Positions 59,320 through 64,000 of a stretch of DNA of 64,000 nucleotides are shown here, piece by piece. The position numbers were made by a program, and so were the translations under genes. Numbering within the stretch: the first letter of the stretch is position 1; each line of letters opens with the position of its first letter. The notes under the pieces are model-generated. The model was given only the letters and a program-made list of their open reading frames with translations, did not search any database and was not told where the DNA came from. This DNA comes from Bacteroidia bacterium (lineage in GTDB: Bacteria; Bacteroidota; Bacteroidia; AKYH767-A; JBBKVM01), in the NCBI GenBank assembly GCA_037968415.1, contig JBBKVM010000014.1, positions 11,954 through 75,953 of the forward strand, read 5' to 3'.

Positions 59320-60753
59320 TCAGTTGATATTTACTACAATAGAACTGCCTGAAACAATTCTGAATTTTTTTTCAATTGTGTACACCGAGTCTTTGCTGTT
59401 TCGTGGCCGATATTCCACACGATAATTGCCGGGTTGCAGCACCACCGTCTCTTTGGTGAGTGTTTCATTTAAGTTTACTACCAGTGCTAATTTATTGTCC
59501 TCTTCAAGCAATACGCTTCCATATCCGGCAGAATTAGTGAGAAATGTCACCATTCCGGGTTGCGGGATTTGCACCGTAGTAGTTTTACTCTGCGATACTT
59601 CCACATCTCTGATGTGAATGCGCGGTAAACTCAACACTTCAAGGTCGTACTTGCCGGAGATATATTTATTGGTGTTGTTGAATTCTTGCACGTACAAAGT
59701 ATTCATGTCTGTTGATCTGCGCACAATGCATTGCAATTTTCTGTAATCGCTGATGCCATCGAATACCAGTTTGAGGTAACCTTGTGATGCATCTATTGGG
59801 ATGATGGTATGCTTCCCGGGTGTGAGTTTGACTCCCGAAGCACTTACCGGTGGAATGGTATGAACTGTGATGTCGTAAGTGCTTAGCGGGTCTATTTTTA
59901 GTGTGTCAGGATTGCCGCGGTGGTTCATGGTGTGAATGAAATTGTAGCGGATGTTTTTACTGAATGAATCGTAAAATGTCATGTTGACATTAGTCTCAGT
60001 TGGGTTGTTGTTTGCATCCAGCAAATTGACTTGTGCGGTAGTGGAATTGAGTGCCTGCGATATCACAATGTTCAACACTGTCTTGAAAGTGGTTTCGTTG
60101 GTGGCGTCATAATAATTTCCTACGCATTCAAATGTCCGCATATAACTTTCATCCAATCCCATTCCTATGACAAATGGTTTGAGAATGATGCCACGCTTTT
60201 GCAGTGCCTGCGAAACGGCACAAGGATCACCATTACACTCTTCTACACCGTCAGTAATCAGTATGATGATGTTCCTTGCTGGGGTAGCGGGAAAATCACC
60301 CCCTGAAGCCTCCAGCGAGCTGGCTATGGGTGTGGTGCCTTTGGGTGTCAGATTGTTGAGCACCCGTTTTATCTGATCGTGGTTGGCTTTGCCAAATGGC
60401 ACTTCAAGCCTGGTGTCATCGCAATCTTGCGGAGGATATTTTTTTAAATGGCCATACACACGCAAGGCCAGTTCTACATTTTCAGCTTTTTTCAACGAAT
60501 CGAGCAACTCGGAAAGCATCTTTTTGGCCACATCTATTTTAATTCCGCTCTGCCAACGCCCGTACATGCTTTGCGAAGCATCAAACAAAAACAAGATTCG
60601 TGTGGTGGTTACAGTTTCATCCGCAGGCTTTTGCCGCGTTTGCCCTTGCGCTGGAGCAGTGGTCAGCAGACCAGCGAGTAGGATCAACACCACGCAGGCG
60701 GTTGCACGCAAATTTTTGAACTGGAAATAAAATGGGAATGTAATTCGCATCAA
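59320..60753 (-). CDS. Secreted von Willebrand factor type A (VWA) domain protein with unknown beta-rich C-terminal domain
   Basis: Signal peptide. VWA region [15 protein letters not shown] … TPIASSL … IILITDGVE (MIDAS-like DxSxS…T…D). Lies between the two transketolase subunit genes. Confidence 0.85.
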   Translation of the reverse strand: MMRITFPFYFQFKNLRATACVVLILLAGLLTTAPAQGQTRQKPADETVTTTRILFLFDASQSMYGRWQSGIKIDVAKKMLSELLDSLKKAENVELALRVYGHLKKYPPQDCDDTRLEVPFGKANHDQIKRVLNNLTPKGTTPIASSLEASGGDFPATPARNIIILITDGVEECNGDPCAVSQALQKRGIILKPFVIGMGLDESYMRTFECVGNYYDATNETTFKTVLNIVISQALNSTTAQVNLLDANNNPTETNVNMTFYDSFSKNIRYNFIHTMNHRGNPDTLKIDPLSTYDITVHTIPPVSASGVKLTPGKHTIIPIDASQGYLKLVFDGISDYRKLQCIVRRSTDMNTLYVQEFNNTNKYISGKYDLEVLSLPRIHIRDVEVSQSKTTTVQIPQPGMVTFLTNSAGYGSVLLEEDNKLALVVNLNETLTKETVVLQPGNYRVEYRPRNSKDSVYTIEKKFRIVSGSSIVVNIN

Positions 60754-61616
60754 TAGTCACCTAAAGTTTCTTCCAACTGACCCAACGCTGATTCCAATTG
60801 TTCATCATTGGGTGCTATGCCGTGCCATTTGTGTGTGCCCATCATAAAATCAACCCCATAACCCATTTCTGTTTGCATGATGATGGCAATTGGTTTCCCT
60901 TTACCGGTCAAGGCTTTGGCGCTGTCAAGGGTAACGAGCACTTCTTCCATGTTATTGCCATTCATGGCAAGGGTTTGCCATCCAAATGCATCAAATTTTG
61001 CCTTAAGATCTCCGAGTGCAAGTATTTGTTCGGTATTGCCATCAATCTGCTGAAAGTTGCGGTCAATCGTACAAATGAGGTTATCTATTTTGTGAGCTGC
61101 AGCAAAAATCGTGGCTTCCCATATTTGTCCCTCCTGCATTTCGCCATCGCCATGTAGCGAGTATACCAACGAATTGTCTTTGTTTAGTTTTTTTGCCAGC
61201 GCTGCGCCTGCCGCTACCGACATGCCTTGTCCAAGCGAACCCGAAGCCATACGCACTCCTGGCAACCCTTCGTGGGTTGTGGGGTGGCCCTGCAACCGGC
61301 TGTCTATTTTTCTGAACGAATTGAGTTCGGTCAGATCGAAATAACCTGATCGCGCCAATACACTGTACCATACAGGAGATATATGTCCGTTAGATAGAAA
61401 AAATATATCCTCGCCCTTGCCATCCATATCAAATTTAGAAGCATTGTGATTCATTACTTTGAAGTACATGGCGGTAAAAAATTCGGTACAACCGAGTGAT
61501 CCACCCGGATGGCCAGACTGCACCGCATGAACCATACGCACAATGTCGCGTCTTACTTGCGAGGCAATGGATTCAAGCTCTTCAATACTTTTCATGGGAT
61601 TATAAATTTTGCCCAA
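60750..61616 (-). CDS. Transketolase, N-terminal (thiamine-diphosphate-binding) subunit
   Basis: …HPGGSLGCTEFFTAMYF…GHISP…GSLGQGMSVAAGAALA…GDGEMQEG… motifs, 288 aa. Confidence 0.92.
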   Translation of the reverse strand: MGKIYNPMKSIEELESIASQVRRDIVRMVHAVQSGHPGGSLGCTEFFTAMYFKVMNHNASKFDMDGKGEDIFFLSNGHISPVWYSVLARSGYFDLTELNSFRKIDSRLQGHPTTHEGLPGVRMASGSLGQGMSVAAGAALAKKLNKDNSLVYSLHGDGEMQEGQIWEATIFAAAHKIDNLICTIDRNFQQIDGNTEQILALGDLKAKFDAFGWQTLAMNGNNMEEVLVTLDSAKALTGKGKPIAIIMQTEMGYGVDFMMGTHKWHGIAPNDEQLESALGQLEETLGDY

Positions 61617-61753
61617 AGGTACTCATTTAGGGCATTGTACTTGGCCAGCATGCCCTGCTGGGGGGAGGTACTTTTCAACAATTTGTGGTTCTTTTTCCAC
61701 ACTTTTCTGCTGCATCTGTTTCATTAACCATATCTTTGCGCAAAATTTAAGAG

Positions 61754-62854
61754 ATGGCATTAAAATGTGGTATCGTTGGATTACCCAATGTGGGCAAGTC
61801 AACATTGTTTAATTGTTTGAGCAATGCAGTAGCGCAAGCAGCTAATTTTCCGTTCTGCACTATTGAACCCAATATTGGCACCATCACCGTTCCAGACGAC
61901 CGGTTGAATAAGCTCGAAGAACTTGTGAAACCACAACGCGTAGTGCCCACTACTATTGAAATAGTGGACATTGCCGGGTTGGTGAAAGGTGCGAGCAAAG
62001 GCGAGGGCTTGGGCAATCAGTTTCTGGCCAATATCCGCGAGACAGATGCCATCATACATGTAGTGCGCTGTTTCGAAGACCCCAATGTGGTGCACGTGGA
62101 TGGATCAGTAAATCCGGTGCGCGACAAAGAGACGATTGATTACGAGCTTCAACTGAAAGACCTCGACAGTGTGATGAAAAAAATACAGAAGGTGGAGAAG
62201 TTGGCAAAGACGGGTACCGACAAAGAAGCCAAAAAAGCATTTGACGTATTGATGGTGTATAAAACACATCTGGAATCGGGGCAGGCCGCACGGAGTGCAC
62301 CAGTAGCACCCGAAGATCGCAAGTATGTGGCAGATGCATATTTGCTCACCGACAAACCTGTTTTGTATGTATGCAATGTGGATGAAGGATCGGTGACGAC
62401 AGGCAATAAATATGTGGATGAGCTGAAGGAATCAATCAAGAATGAAAACGCGGAAGTATTGGTGATTGCCGCAGCCATCGAAGCCGAAATAGCACAACTC
62501 GATAGCTACGAAGACCGTAAAGTTTTTTTAGAGGAATTGGGGTTGCAAGAATCAGGAGTAAGTAAATTGATCACCGCAGCATATCGGTTATTGAGATTGT
62601 CAACCTATTTTACCGCAGGCGAAAAGGAAGTGCGCGCATGGACAATCACCACGGGTATGAAAGCGCCTGAAGCCGCAGGTGTGATACATAGCGATTTCGA
62701 AAAAGGATTTATCAGAGCAGAAGTAATAGGGTTCAATGACTTTGTGAAACTTGGCTCAGAGCAGGCGTGCAAAGAAGCAGGCCGCTTGTCAGTAGAAGGA
62801 AAAGAGTATGTGGTGAGTGACGGAGATGTGATGCATTTCCGCTTCAACGTATAA
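61754..62854 (+). CDS. ychF: Ribosome-binding redox-regulated ATPase YchF
   Basis: [16 protein letters not shown]-loop, TGS C-terminal domain, 366 aa. Confidence 0.95.
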   Translation: MALKCGIVGLPNVGKSTLFNCLSNAVAQAANFPFCTIEPNIGTITVPDDRLNKLEELVKPQRVVPTTIEIVDIAGLVKGASKGEGLGNQFLANIRETDAIIHVVRCFEDPNVVHVDGSVNPVRDKETIDYELQLKDLDSVMKKIQKVEKLAKTGTDKEAKKAFDVLMVYKTHLESGQAARSAPVAPEDRKYVADAYLLTDKPVLYVCNVDEGSVTTGNKYVDELKESIKNENAEVLVIAAAIEAEIAQLDSYEDRKVFLEELGLQESGVSKLITAAYRLLRLSTYFTAGEKEVRAWTITTGMKAPEAAGVIHSDFEKGFIRAEVIGFNDFVKLGSEQACKEAGRLSVEGKEYVVSDGDVMHFRFNV

Positions 62855-64000
62855 CCTTCACCAATTTTTGATTCCACAAATAAGAACCATCGCGCACTTG
62901 CATAAGGTATAAGCCTGAATCGTATTCTTGTAAATCAATGTTGATTTGATGGTCGCCACCGTCCAGCCACACTTTTTTAGTCCACACTATTGTACCGTCA
63001 GCACGGAGGAGAAACAGCTCAATCACACTCTTTTGTAACATCGATACACCCAGCGTGGCCATGTCATTGGCGGGATTGGGAAACAATACCGGGCGTTGAG
63101 ACATCGATTGCAATAGATGCACGCCCACAGGAGTGATAAACACAGCATCTGATTCTGTGAAGCAACCGTTTGGATCCGTAATAATCAAAGAATAAGTACC
63201 GGCCACGGTCACGATGTGCGTGGGGCCTATGGCAAAAGGAATGGCACTCCCATTCAGCATCCACTGAATATTGCCTGCGATGGCTGTATTTAACGCATTG
63301 CCGGTGATCCAGAATGTGGGTTTGGCAGGAACAGGAAGGGCCACCACTGATATAGGGGCAGACTCAGCAGTGCAACCATTGCTACCTGTTACTACTACAG
63401 AGTAGCTGCCATCATTTTTTGCCACGAAATCTTGATAGTCGGCACCTATTATATATTGCCCGCTCAGGTGCCATGCATTGCCTGATGGCGCTGATGAAGT
63501 CAGCACTGATGAGTCGCCAAAACAAAAAGTGAGCGAGCCCGAAGTTGTAACCAGTGGGGTGGCCGGTGGTTGAAAAACAATAATCGTATCGGTACTTATG
63601 ATGTTTTGCACCGGGTGGTTGATTGCAATATCCACTGAAAAGCCTTGGCCGTTTGTGAGTGAAAACACACCCGACTGGTGGCCATTGAAACTTACACTAC
63701 CACAAAAATCATTTGCGCCCAGCAGCCCGTTATCGTTATCCCATACCTCCAGCAAGTAATTTTGATTTTGCAATTGCACTGCCGGAAACGAAACGCTTGC
63801 GGGTGGATTTACATTACTCAACCCAGGGTAAGTGCTGTGTACCACCGCACCGCTTTGGTTTTTGAGGATGCAGAAAAAATCGGGTGCGCCAAAAGGCCAG
63901 TCGTTGCATGAGGCTGCAGTGATGGTGACATTGGTAAGATAATAAGGCAATGTATCGTACACTACACTTTGTGCAACAATGTAAGTGCCGCCCGTATTGT
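62844..64000 (-). CDS. T9SS-secreted protein, 3' portion (gene continues beyond the window end)
   Basis: C-terminal LFPNPANDMATLGV…GLYLMQV…KVIR type-A CTD. The reading frame remains open upstream of the GTG at 63962 to the window edge. Confidence 0.65.
   Translation of the reverse strand, partial: NTGGTYIVAQSVVYDTLPYYLTNVTITAASCNDWPFGAPDFFCILKNQSGAVVHSTYPGLSNVNPPASVSFPAVQLQNQNYLLEVWDNDNGLLGANDFCGSVSFNGHQSGVFSLTNGQGFSVDIAINHPVQNIISTDTIIVFQPPATPLVTTSGSLTFCFGDSSVLTSSAPSGNAWHLSGQYIIGADYQDFVAKNDGSYSVVVTGSNGCTAESAPISVVALPVPAKPTFWITGNALNTAIAGNIQWMLNGSAIPFAIGPTHIVTVAGTYSLIITDPNGCFTESDAVFITPVGVHLLQSMSQRPVLFPNPANDMATLGVSMLQKSVIELFLLRADGTIVWTKKVWLDGGDHQINIDLQEYDSGLYLMQVRDGSYLWNQKLVKVIR

Overview
This 64 kb window reads as a chromosomal segment from a Bacteroidota genome, not as a classical mobile island. 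The phylum call rests on several signatures: many proteins end in type-A T9SS (Por) C-terminal sorting domains, TTTG/TAnnTTTG-type promoters sit upstream of rpsA and clpS, xerD is paired with aroQ, folP is paired with cdaA and a DUF1599 gene, and transketolase is split into N- and C-terminal subunit genes. Coding density is high, and most genes are housekeeping: ispH (5' partial), rpsA, pyrR-pyrB, rnz, miaA, a CCA-adding enzyme, dapD, ruvX, def, cdaA, folP, tpiA, prmA, plsY, clpS, an NfeD-FloA pair, xerD, aroQ, split transketolase and ychF. There are two tRNAs, tRNA-Arg(ACG) and tRNA-Ser(TGA), neither next to an integrase, plus several clear rho-independent or bidirectional terminators. The less ordinary content, none of which I can prove without searches or structure prediction, is as follows. 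(1) A secreted VWA-domain gene sits, with overlapping stop/start codons, between the two halves of the split transketolase. (2) A three-gene minus-strand cluster (DUF5777-like, YceI, and a lipoprotein with a planctomycete-type cytochrome-c-like signature but a C-X4-CH motif). (3) A roughly 5.4 kb block of T9SS-secreted proteins plus a small beta-barrel OMP, two of which share an internal paralogous module. (4) A 1482-aa secreted protein next to plsY. (5) A class-III aminotransferase apparently co-transcribed with a two-component system. (6) An FMN-binding protein plus an unknown membrane protein. (7) A pRiA4b-ORF3-like acidic-tailed protein wedged between two tRNA-processing genes. (8) A ribosomal protein S1 with a tandemly repeated Lys/Ala-rich, histone-H1-like tail. 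No CRISPR array, transposase, phage genes or obvious defence-system genes were seen.
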